This document shows, in pieces, positions 39,613 through 51,001 of a DNA stretch of 64,000 nucleotides (the stretch's first letter is position 1; every line of letters starts with the position of its first letter). Below the pieces are notes generated by a model that was given only the letters and a program-made list of their open reading frames with translations, did not search any database and was not told the origin of the DNA. Source of the stretch: Mobula hypostoma (lineage: Eukaryota). The position numbers and the translations under genes were made by a program. Location of the stretch: positions 238,268,001 to 238,332,000 of the forward strand of contig NC_086097.1 of the NCBI RefSeq assembly GCF_963921235.1, read 5' to 3'.

Positions 39613-39880
39613 GGGCCGGCACAGTAGCATAGTGGTTAGTACAACACGTTATAGTTTCAGCAACACTGGGTTCAGTTCCGGCCGCTGTATGTAAGGAATT
39701 GTACATTCTCCCTGTGCTCCGGTTTTCTTTCACAGTCCAAGGGCATACCAGTTAGTAGGTTAATTGATCATTGTAAATTGTCCTGTGATTAGGCAAGGGT
39801 TAAATCGGGGGTTGCTGATCGGTGTGGCTCGAAGTGCGGGAATGGCTTACCCTGTGTTGTATCTCAATAAATAAATAAAT
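39613..39880 (+). mobile_element. V-SINE (HE1-like tRNA-derived SINE)
   Basis: A box TAGCATAGTGG, B box GGTTCAGTTCC, V-domain TGCTCCGGTTTTCT..CACAGTCCAA, (TAAA)n tail. Confidence 0.85.
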
Positions 39881-40117
39881 TATTGCCAAGTGTGCAAAAT
39901 ATTGTGTGTTGATACAATAAATTTCTAGGGCCTGGTACACTTAGCTTTCCATTCTTCTGACCAAACTGCTGCCATCTTTAAACCGCAACAACAGTTTTTA
40001 CCTATTTGCAAGCTATGCAAAGCTTATTTTTAATCTCTGGCTTTGTGTGATCAGCAAAGTTGATGCACTACATTGTTCTTCCAGCTCAGCCTAAATTAAC
40101 AGTGGTTAATTAAGGGT

Positions 40118-40866
40118 AGGTTAAATATGATGACAGAATATAGTGTTAATGGTAAGACTTCTGGCAGTGTGGAGGATCAGAGGGATCTCGGGGTCTGAGT
40201 CCATAGGACACTTGCAGCCGCTATGCAGATCGACTCTATAGTTAAGGATGATGCATATGGTGCATTGGCCTTCATCAACTGTGGGATTGAATTTAGGAGC
40301 TGTGAGGTAATGTTGCAACTATCTAGGACCCTGGTCAGACCCCACTTGGAGTATTGTGCTCAGTTCTGGTCACCTCACTATATGAAGGATGTGGAAACCA
40401 TAGAAAGGGTGCAGAGGAGATTTACATGGATGTTGCCTGGATCGGGGAGCATGCCCTATGAGAATAGATTGAGTGAACTTGGCCTTTTCTCCTTGAAGCA
40501 ACAGAGGATGAGAGGTGACCTGATAGAGGTGTATAAGATGATGAGAGGCATTGATTGCGTAAATAGTCAGAGGCTTTTTCCTAGGGCTGAAATGGCTAAC
40601 ACAAGAGGGCACAGTTTTAAGGTGCTTATAAGTAGGTGCAGAGGAGATGTCAAAAACGCAGAGAGTGGTGAGTGTGTGGAATGGACTGTTGGTGATGGTG
40701 GTGGAGGTTGATACGATAGGGTCTTTTAAGAGACTCCTGGACAGGTACATGGAGCTCAGACAAATAGAGGGCTATGGGTAACCCTAGGTAATTTCTAAAG
40801 TAATGGCATGTTCGGCACAGCTTTATGGGCCGAAGGGCGTGTATTGTGCTGTAGGTTTTCTATGTT
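40118..40866 (+). mobile_element. CR1 3' portion
   Basis: 162-aa ORF LVRPHLEYCAQFWSPHY...; same subfamily as 4871 and 20196. Confidence 0.93.
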
Positions 40867-41539
40867 TACATCAGTGGCTCTTGTTAGTAAACATTTGTCA
40901 TTCTGAAAATGACATTTTACAACTCATACATTACATTAGCCTCAATCTTATAAATTCATATTTGGATTAATGATTTTTTGAGTGGTTCCTTATCAAATGA
41001 GTTTTAAAAAATTGAGAAAAAGAACAGGCTGCATTATTGGTTGTAGGAGTCATGCACCTCTTCTCTCTCTGTATTGTAATCTGTGTTGTGTGTTTATTCT
41101 GGTAACTAGTCACATGAGTGGGGGAGTGGTAAAAGCCAAGGGAATAAGTCAAGTATTCATGCTTTCCTCATCACAGTTTCAGCTTGGGACCAGCGGATGT
41201 TGTCTTCTTTGCTGACCGCTTATGACATGCAATAACGCTGAATTATGCTTAGCTTACACTTGGGTATGCTAAAGTTTCATCACTTCAAGATTCTATGTTT
41301 GCTAATTGCTAACAAAGGATCGAATAAAGAATTCAACTTTGGATCAATCATAGAAGCTGGGGTTGGATATCTTGCAAGTATAGCAATCCACAGGTTCGCA
41401 GATAGTGATTTTTTTTTTTGCTTTTGGTTTGCTGCTACATTAAATGCATCCTCAAAATTCTCTATTGTAATTTCCAATACATTTTTCCCACCAAAAAACT
41501 GTTAATGCAGTCTTCTTGTATTTTGATGTATCATTTTAC

Positions 41540-41900
41540 TGCATGCATATTAATTGACTTCCTGACAATTTATGTCAGACTAACTGTCTTGTTGTTCCCC
41601 AGTTTTTCTCTCTGTTCTTTTCTGTATAGAGTTGCTGCATTGGATCCCTCCCAACCTATTCAGATATTTCTGGATCCTTGAGACTTTTTGCGGATAACCG
41701 CCAAAAGCATCAACAATTTTACAGAACCCTTGGGCTGTAGAGGATCAGGCAAAAGGATGCCAGCTATTTGTGCAGTTTGTTTTTCCAGCACTTTCTCTTT
41801 GATCATAATAACTACTTTAAATTCCATCCTCTCAATGATTCCCCAATATTTCTGCTATAGTTATCCTACCCTCTACTGTGGAGACAAATTGATATCTTTG
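41540..41900 (-). mobile_element. Old decayed CR1 RT fragment
   Basis: Reverse strand ATLYRKEQREKLGNNKTVSLT resembles TPLFKKG..EK.GNYRPVSLT. Confidence 0.55.
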
Positions 41901-41925
41901 TTAAATGACTAAGTTTTTCCCTGAG

Positions 41926-42040
41926 TAACACACACAAAGTGCTGGAGGAACTCAGTAGATAAGGCAGCATCTCTGGAAATGAATAAACAGTTGACATTTT
42001 GGGCTGAAATTCTTCTGGACTGAAAAAGAAAGGCGGGGGG
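41926..42040 (-). mobile_element. Penelope-like terminal repeat fragment
   Basis: GCTGGAGGAACTCAG...GGCAGCATCT...CAGTTGACATTTTGGGCTG. Confidence 0.75.
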
Positions 42041-42621
42041 GAGAGACGTTTTTTCCTGATTTCTTTATTTGAACTTCCTCTCTCTTTTGAGGATCCATGT
42101 TTGTCACTTTTCCCCATAATCTACCTTTAGTGTAATCTCAAACATACTATTACCAAAGAGGATTTTTCTTTTCGCTCTCCAGAACTGAAAGCCATTACTT
42201 CAGCCTCCAGTCACTGACTGTATTGTTGAAATGTCCAGGTTTGGAAAGTTCAACAATTGGCGTTCAGTGTCAAATCTTGTGCTGACGTCTCTGGTTAGGT
42301 CCAATTAGATTTGAAAATAAATTGGGGATTGTTGGATGAGAGTGTAAAATTGTTTCCCCCCACCTCCCCTCATAATTTAACTTTTACGATGCTTGCTCAA
42401 ATTTTACTTAATCACCTATAAATGTATAATTCAGGAGGCAAAGTGTTTTATTCATCTCTACCAAAGGAGGTGTGAGGTGCGACTTCCCTTCACTAGCCTG
42501 TAGATTATCCTTGGGCAAAGTGTAGCACCTGCTTTTCCCCCCAAACAGGGTCACATGAAGCCATGGGAGCAGGTGGTGGATGGTTATATGAGTAGCTGGT
42601 GCATATTGCAAATCCCGGTTA

Positions 42622-44352
42622 AAAGGTATAGGAACAGAGTTAGGCCATTGGGCCCATGGTCTCCTCCACCATTTCATCATGGCTGATTCTATTTTCCTCT
42701 CAGCTCCCAAACTCTTGTATTTTGCCTTCTCCCCGTACCACTTTATGCCCTGACAAATCAAGAATCTATCAACTTCTGCCTTAAATATACATAAAGACAG
42801 CCTCCGCAGCTGTCTGTGGCAAAGAATTCCACAGATTTTCAACTCTCTCGCTAAAGAAATTCCTCATCTCCATTCTAAAAGGATGCCCCTCTACTCTGAG
42901 GCACTCTTTTAGAATGGAGATGTTCTTAGACATTCCCACCATAGGAAACTTCATCTCCACATCCACTCTATCAAAGCCCTTCACTATCTGCTATGATTCA
43001 ATGAGATCACCCCTCATTCTTCTGAATTCCCGTGAATATAGGCCCAGAGCCATCAAGCACTTTTCATATGACAAGCCATAACGCTGGGATCATTTATGTG
43101 AACCTCCTTTGAACCCCGTCCAGTTTTAGCACATCCTTTCTAAGATAAGGGGCCCAAAACAGCTCACAATACCCCAAGTGAGGCCTCACCAGTGCTTTAT
43201 AATGACTCAACATTACAACCTTGCTTTTATATTCTAGTCCCCTTAAAATGAATGCTAACACTGTATTTGCCTTCCTCACCACAGACTCAACCTATAAATC
43301 AACCTTTAGGGAATCCTACACAAGGACTGCCAAGACCCTTTGTGTCTCATTTTTTTTTCAGTATTTTCTCTCCATTTCGAAAACAGTCAACTCTTTTATT
43401 TCTTCTACCAAAGTGCCTGGCCATACCCTTCCTGATACTCTATTCCATCTGCCATTTCTTTACCCATTTTCTGAATCCAAGTCCTTCTGTGAACCCTCTT
43501 CCTCAAGACTGCCTGGCCCTCCACCTATATGGTCAGCAAAGTTTCTAGCAAAACCATCAATTCCATCATCTAAATCATTGATATAAAGGCATCCGTTAGT
43601 CTTGCGAGACCATGGATCTGCACCTGGAAAGTCTTCACTCTCCAGGGCACAGGCCTGGGCAAGGTTGTATGGAAGACCAGCAGTTGCCCATGCTGCAAGT
43701 CTCCCCCTCTCCACGACACTAATGTTGTCCAAGGGAAGGGCACTAGGACCCATACAGCTTGGCACCAGTGTCGTTGCAGAGCAATGTGTGATTAAGTGCC
43801 TTGCTCAAGGAAACAACACGTTACCTCGGCTGGGGCTCGAACTCATGACCTTCAGGTCGCTAGTCCAATGCCTTAACCACTTGGCCACGTGCCCACACAT
43901 AAAAAGAAACAGTCCCAACACAGACCCCTGTGGAACACCCCTTGTCATCGGCAGCCAATCGGAAAAGGCTCCCTTTATTCCCACTCTTTGCCTCCTGTCG
44001 ATTAGCCATTGCTTTATCCATGCTCTCCTGTAAAACCATGTTCTCATAGCTTGTTAAACAGCCTCATGTGTAGCACCTTGTCAAAGACCTTCTGAAAATC
44101 CAAATACACAACATCAACTGATTCTCCTTTGTCTATGCTGCTTGTTACTTTTTCAAGGAATTCCATCAGATCTGTCAGACAAGATTTTCCCTTGAGGAAA
44201 CCATACTGACTACAGCCTATTTCATCATGTGCCTCCAAATATCCTGAAACCTCATCCTTAATAATTAAATCCAAGATCTTCCCAATCACTCAGGTTAGAC
44301 TAACTGGCCTATAGTTTGCTTTCTTCTGCCTCTCCCTTTTTGAAGAGTGGCA
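42622..44352 (-). mobile_element. CR1 LINE fragment interrupted by a SINE
   Basis: [49 protein letters not shown]. Confidence 0.92.
43586..43896 (-). mobile_element. tRNA-derived SINE, apparently full length
   Basis: Minus strand A box TGGCCAAGTGG, B box GTTCGAGCC, central TCCTTGAGCAAGGCACTTAA; interrupts the CR1 RT; ATAAA on both flanks. Confidence 0.9.
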
Positions 44353-44684
44353 GACCACTAACACCAGGGAGACAATCTCTGAAGAGCATTGATAATGGCT
44401 GGGGTCACTCATCTTGTAAAGACTCTGTAAAGACTTGTAAAGAAGACAATGGCAAACTACTTCTGAAGAAAAATTTGACAAGAACAACCATGGTCACAGA
44501 AAAGCCGTGATCGCCCATGGCATATGACATGCACATAACGAATAAATGATGTGTAATTATTCAGTGAATTTTTCAGTCATTCTGTAACTGATTTTGTATT
44601 TTCCCTTGAAGTTTCTCTGCAGCAATTGTCACATCAGTGAATCTGTCCATTTCATAGGTTATTCTTATCAAGTCTACAAAAGTC

Positions 44685-45255
44685 AAGTCAAATCAAGGCA
44701 AGTTTATTGTCATTTAACTATATATGCATGTATATAACATATATTACTATATCAATCATATAGAAACCAGATGTTTCTCCAAACCAGGGTGTTAAGCACA
44801 GTAGTACACATAACGCATATAACACACCATAACATAAAATAAATCAGTTGTAATAAGTTAAAAGTCATACACAAACAAAAGTGAATAATTTAAATATTAT
44901 CACATGCAGGACAGGTTAACCAGTACCACTTCAAATACGATGCAGCAGGGAGTTCAGAAGCCTAATAGCCTGAGGGAAAAAAATAGAGAGCATCGGGCAA
45001 TAAGACACACTCTTATTCCCATCCTAAGCATTCTTGTTTTTGTGCAGTCAAGTCTCCTGCCTGATGGTAGAAAGGCAAAAAAGATACCGGAGGAATGGGT
45101 GGAATCCTTAATAATACCATGGGCCCAGCGCACGCAGTGTTCCTGATAAATATCCTCTCAGTCACTTGCACAGTCCTTTGTAGGGACTTCCAGTCCGATA
45201 CTTGGCTGATCCCATACTAGATGGAGATGCAGCTTTGTCAGGATGCTCTCAATGG
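44685..45255 (-). mobile_element. Rex1/Babar-like LINE 3' end
   Basis: AAGTC-type tail; reverse complement resembles 59340-59600. Confidence 0.7.
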
Positions 45256-45559
45256 AATGTATTGTTTTTTCTGTCTCAACTAATTTTTAGTATATGACCA
45301 CAACCTTGTTGCTTTTGTTTTCTTTCTTTGTTCTTCGTTCTTATAAGCACATAATAAATAAATGGCTGTAACCAACAAATTTTTATACTTCATTCTTGAC
45401 TGCTGACTGCCAGAGAGCCTTTGCATCACAAAATCACCAAGATCCAAGAAGGGATCATTTATAACCAACTTTCAGAACTGAGGGAGGGATCACATTTGAT
45501 ATTCCATACAAAGGAGAGCAGATCAGTCCCATGCATTAAACTGGTAGGGCGATGGGAAG

Positions 45560-47310
45560 GAAGGAATAGCTGATAAATTTGAAAATAATAATTTAATGAA
45601 ACTATATCAATATCATTTGTAAGAGACAATTGTGTCTGATGAATTTCTTGGACATAACAAGAAGAGTTAACAGAGGGAAACTGTTGATATAATAAACTTG
45701 GATTTCAAAAGCACATTTGACAATGTGCCATATAAAAGACTGGTACAGAAGAATTATCTACTATTTATATTAATGATCTGGAGGAGGGAACAGAGGCTGA
45801 GATATTCAAGTGTGGTAATGATACCAAAACGTGGGATGGGATGTTGCGTTGAGGGTATTTGGATTGAGCGACACTATACACAAGTCTTTGCCCACACACC
45901 CACACACCAGATGAATGAGTGGGCAAAAGCTTAGCAAATGGAGTTGAATGTGGGAAAATGAGAGGCCGTGAACTTCAGCAACATCAATCAAAAGTGGAGA
46001 GAAATTGCAAATGGTTAGCGTACAAAAAGTTCTCGTGGATAAATTACAAAAAAGTAATAAGACAGGGGAGGTAAGTAGTTAGGAAAACAAATGATATATT
46101 AACATTATTGAAAAAAGGTTTAGAATTTAGAAGAGGGAGGTACTTTACAATTGTACAGGGTGTTGGTGAGGCCACACTTGAAGCACAATGCATAGTCATG
46201 GGCCTCTGTTTAAAAATGGATATATAGTATTAGATTAGATTAGATTAGATTCAACTTTATTGTCACAGTGCCGAGTACAGATACAAAGCCAATGAAATGC
46301 ATTTAGCATCTGACCAGAAATGCAAAGAATAATGTTATTTACAAAATAACTGCGAATAAAAAGTGCTACAGCACACAAATGTAAAAGTACTGAGATAGTA
46401 CATTAACCATATAACCAAATAATATAACATTGAAGGCAGCCTAAATGAGATTCAGCAATTTACAAGACCATAAGACATAGAAACAGAATTAAGCCATGCA
46501 GTCCATTGAGTCTGCACACCATTCAATCATGGCTGATTCATTATCCCTTTCAACCCCATTCTTCTGTCTTCTCCTTCTAAGTCTTGACACACTTTCTTGT
46601 CAAGAACTTATCAACCTCTGCTTTAAATATATCCAATTTCATGGCCTCCACAGCCTTCTGTGACAATGAATTCCATAAATTCACCACCTCGAACTAAAGA
46701 AATTCCTCATTTCTGTTCTGAAGGGAAACTCTTCTGTTCTGAGACTAAGACCTTCCAATTATAGGAAACATCTTCTCCAAGTCCACTCTATCTAGGTCTT
46801 TCAATAATCAACAGGTTTCAATGAGATCCCCCTTACTCTTGTAAACTCCATCTAACTTTAGGTGTGGGAAAATTGTCCAACCATAAGCAGTTAAAGTTGT
46901 TGAGTCTTTGTTCTTTGGAGCTTCAAAGAATGAGGGGTAATCTTAGTGAATCATGTAAAATTCTCTGGGAACATGCTAGGGTAGATGTTGGGGTGTTTCC
47001 ACTTGTGAGACAGTCTGAACAAGTGGTAAAAATAGGGTGCTCATTTAAACCTGGGGTGTGTCAGGATTTCGTCTCTCGGAGGAATATGTATCATTGAAAT
47101 TCTTAGCTCTGGAGGGTTGTGGCAGGTAGATCTTTAGAGACACTTAAAGATGGGGGAGATACATTTTAGCAAGAATGGGAAACTGAGCGCTATATAGATC
47201 TGGCACAGCAGAAAAGGTGAGTCCTGGGGCTGATCAGCCATGGTCATATTGAATGGCAGGACTGGCTTGAGGGGCAAAGTGGCCTATTCCTGCTCCTCTT
47301 TCCTATTAGT
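45560..47310 (+). mobile_element. Old CR1 with nested inserts (LINE tail 46229-46400, minus-strand CR1 46463-46850)
   Basis: LDFKSTFDNVPYKRL, LVRPHL, RMRGNL; (TTAGA)n at 46229-46250. Confidence 0.75.
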
Positions 47311-47627
47311 CAGAATGTTCTCCACTGTACATTGAACAGGCAGCAAAGGAGACAAAGAAGTGCTTTGCCATGACAGGATGCTGCATATTTTCGTGAAATC
47401 TTGAAGGTGAATTGTGTAACTATGTAACAAACATCACTAGCCTTTCAAGTTATGTGTTCTAGCAAATTTCTACAGATGTACTATGAAGAGCATAATGACT
47501 GGCTTCAACGCCATCTGGTATGCACAACATCAAAACAAACAGTTACTTTCCCCAAGCAGTAAGATTGATTAATACATCCAACCCGCAATGCAACCCTTCA
47601 CACTCACAACTACCACTGTATCATTAA

Positions 47628-47662
47628 CACGACAAAGTCTGAAGATGCTGGAAACCCAAAGC

Positions 47663-47714
<52 letters not shown>

Positions 47715-47997
47715 GCTTGAGGAACTCAGCAGGTCAGGCAGCATCTATGAAAGTGAATAGATAGTCAGCATTTCAGGCCGAGACTTTTGTTCAGGATTGA
47801 GAAGGAAGGGAGAGGATGCCAGAATAAAAGGGTGGGGGAAGAGCAAGGAAAGTGCTGGAAGGAGTCAGGTGAAGGCAGGTGGGTGGAAAAGGTCAAAGGC
47901 TGGAGAAGAAGGAATCCGATAGGAAAGGAGAGTAGAGCATAGGAGAAAGGGAAGGAGGGGGGGATCCAGGGGCAAGTAACAGGCAGGTGAGAAGAGG
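47628..47997 (-). mobile_element. Penelope-like terminal repeat with internal (CA)n expansion at 47664-47712
   Basis: GATGCTGGAAACCC...GAGGAACTCAGCAGGTCAGGCAGCATC; the short TGTGTG of other copies is expanded to about 24 units. Confidence 0.85.
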
Positions 47998-49379
47998 ATC
48001 ATAATACTATTTCCTCAGTCATTTTATGTACAGACACTCCTGTACCTCCTGTCACACTATGGACATACAATCAATCTACATATATAAGCTATCTTGTGTA
48101 TTTATATTTATTGTGTTCTTTGTCTTAGTGTTTTGTTGTGCTGTATTGAAGCAGGAGTAACAATTATTTCCCTCTCCTTCACAATTGCCTACCAGAAATG
48201 ACATTAAACAATCTTGAATCTTGAATAAGAGGACCTGAAGGGTTCTAGATTCAGTTAACTTCATCACAGGCCCCAGCCTCTCCACCATCAAGAGCATCTT
48301 CAAGCGTCAGTGCCTCAAGAAGATAGAATCTACCTTTACCACCAGGGACAACGTCTCTTCTTATTACTACAATCCAGAATTACTGCACTCAGTGAAAAGC
48401 CCTGCTGTAAAGTCTCAACCCTCCTCCCCATAGGCCATGCCTGACCTGCTGAATTGCTCCAGCATTTTGTGTGTTGATCTGGATTTCCAGCACCTGTAGA
48501 ATCTCTTGCATTTATATTCTTCCCCTCTGCTATTAGATTTCTGAGTGGTCCACGAACACTTCCTTACTATTCCTCTTTTCCACTGTGTTGTTTATTGTAA
48601 CTTACGGTAATCTGTTATGCCTGCCCCGCAGCGCTACATGAATTGCGCGACTTGCTTCAGTCACAAAAAGGCACGATTTGGATTTTTGATTCAGGCACTC
48701 TGCAGACATGGTTAAAAGGAGGCTTGGCTGCTTTCTAATGCTCATCTTCTTCAGAGCGCTCTGCAGCTGCAGTGCATCATGGTTGATGGATTCGGGAGGT
48801 TAATGTGCTGTGCAAATTCAGTGGGCCACTGCATCCTGGATGAAGTCAAGCTTGCTCAGTGCACTTACCAAGGAAAGTGGAGAATATCCTTCAGCGTGAA
48901 TGAAGCTGCTCTCCTCCAGTCAAGTGGAGAATATTCCTTCGCAACCCTGATTTGTGCCTTGTAATTGGGGAGAAGGCCTTTACACTTTGACAGCCAGACA
49001 GACTGCATAGCCTTTGAAAGGCACGCTGATGCAAGAAGCAAGGATTTGATTGAAGTAATATTTTGGTTGGTCAGGCCAGTGGTGTTGTGGCATCAGCACG
49101 GGCTTCAAAGGTGATGTTTCTGAGTTTAAATCTGGCTGTGTTCAAACCTGGACAGCAGCAGTATCTATGCAGAAGAAAGGCCTGGCAATTTACTGCCGTA
49201 TCTTGTCACGAAAACCCTATGGACAACTACACTATCCATAGGGTTGCCATGAATTGACAAAAGTCTCAAACGACGCTCAACAGCGGCAAATATTTTGGTC
49301 ACTGTTAATAGTGATAAATGCCATTGCGCAGCGGTTGGATTTGATCGTATCTGCCAAGAGAGAAATTTGCCACTTCTCA

Positions 49380-49600
49380 GCCAGCACAGTAACAGTTAGA
49401 ACAATTGCTTTACAATGCTAATGATTACCAACTGGGGTTCGATTCCCGATGCCGTCTGTATCGAGTTTGTATGTTCTCCCTATGACCTTGTGAGTTTCTC
49501 CAGGGGCTTCAGTTTCCTCCCATATTCCAAAGGCATATGGTTATGGTTAGTTAGGGTTAGGGTTAGCAAGTTGAGGGCATGGTACGTTGGTGCCTAATGT
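49380..49600 (+). mobile_element. V-SINE, decayed
   Basis: B box GGTTCGATTCC; GAGTTTGTATGTTCTCCC...AGTTTCCTCCCA. Confidence 0.75.
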
Positions 49601-49686
49601 GTGGTGATAAGTGGGGGTGGTCCCTCCAGCATAGTCTTTGGATGGAAAATGACAGATTTTGCTGTATGTTTTGATGTTTCCGTGTA

Positions 49687-50527
49687 CAGCACTGTGGAAA
49701 AGTCTGAGGCACAGTGTTCGCATGTGGCCAAGTGGTTAGGGCGTTGGACTAATGATCTGAAGGTTGCGAATTCGAGCCTCAGCTGGGGCAGCGTGTTGTG
49801 TCCTTCAGCAAGGCACTTAACCACACATTGCTTCTGCACGTTTATAGCCCAGCGGCAGCGGTCGGTGCAGTATGGACAAGACAAGGCGCATATACAGTAT
49901 ATATAGCTCGGGAGCCTAAGAGTTTTGCGCAGTACTGTATTTGTCTATGTGGAGTGAAGAGCGAGTTTGTAAATCTGGCAGGAGCAAAGGATGTTGGGAC
50001 TGGTGAGGGTGGGGCGTTGCGGGAGGGTTGTGGGACAGGTGGCCGAGATGGAGTTCCAGAAGCAAGGGGTGGCGAGAGTGCAGACATACTCAGTCCCCAG
50101 ACACCAGGCAAGGTCATTTCATTCCAAACAATTGGTTTATTGATCATTGCAGAATGTCTCTCTGGTGTTTCCCGTCCCTCCCTCTTCCCAACCATGCCCT
50201 CTCCTTGTCCTCTTCCCACAATAGATACCCATATCAGAATCAGGTTTATCACCACTCACATATGTCATGAAATTTGTTTTTTGTTTGCAGCAGTACAGTG
50301 CAATACATAAAATTACTACGGTACTGTGGAAAGGTCTTTGGCACCCCATCTATATACTATATGTGCCTAAGACTTCTGCAGAGTCCTGTAAAATATAATG
50401 AACATAGGGTATAGAAGTTGACTTTTCCCTCATCCTCTTTTAATATCAGATAAAATTACTACAGTACTGTGTAATTTCTTAGGGACCCCAGCTGTATACA
50501 TATGCCTATGACTTTTCACAGTACTGT
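49687..50527. mobile_element. Cluster of three Tc1-type mini-MITEs (49687-49937, 50319-50388, 50462-50526)
   Basis: CAGTACTGTG...CACAGTACTG-type termini flanked by TA; same family as 2791-2857. Confidence 0.8.
49716..49885 (+). mobile_element. tRNA-derived SINE inserted in a mini-MITE
   Basis: Head TGGCCAAGTGGTTAGG...TTCGAGCC, same head as 43586-43896 but a different 3' end. Confidence 0.8.
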
Positions 50528-50659
50528 ACTTGCGACAAATAAAGCTAATATTTTTTCTTGGATACAAACTGTCAAATCGTCCATGCTGCATTGATTAACA
50601 TAGAACATGGAAAAGTGCAGCACAGGGAAAAGGCTCTTCAGCCCCCGTGTGTGTGCTAA

Positions 50660-51001
50660 TAAGACCATAGATACAGGAGCAGGATTAGGCCATTTGGCCC
50701 ATCGAGTCTGCTCCACCATTTCATTATGGCTGATCCAATTTTCCTCTCAGCCCCAGTCTGCTGCCTTCTCCCTATATCTCTTCATGCCTAGACTAATCAA
50801 GAATCTATCATCCTCTGTCTTAAATATGCCCAGTGACCAGGCCTCCACAGAAACTTGTAGCAACGAATTTCACAGATTCACCATCCTCTGGCTAAAAAAA
50901 AATTCCTCATCTCCATTATAAATGGATGCCACTCTATTTTGAGGTTGTGTCCTCTAGTCTTAGATTCCCACACCATAGGAAATATCCTCTCTACATCCAC
51001 A
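50660..51001 (-). mobile_element. CR1 3' fragment
   Basis: TAAGACCATAGATACAGGAGCAG tail; close to 55805-56195. Confidence 0.8.

Larger units (their letters stand above)
42452..44550 (+). mobile_element. RTE-type non-autonomous retroposon split by a CR1 (halves 42452-42621 and 44353-44550)
   Basis: Halves join to match the contiguous copy at 35088-35370. Confidence 0.7.
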
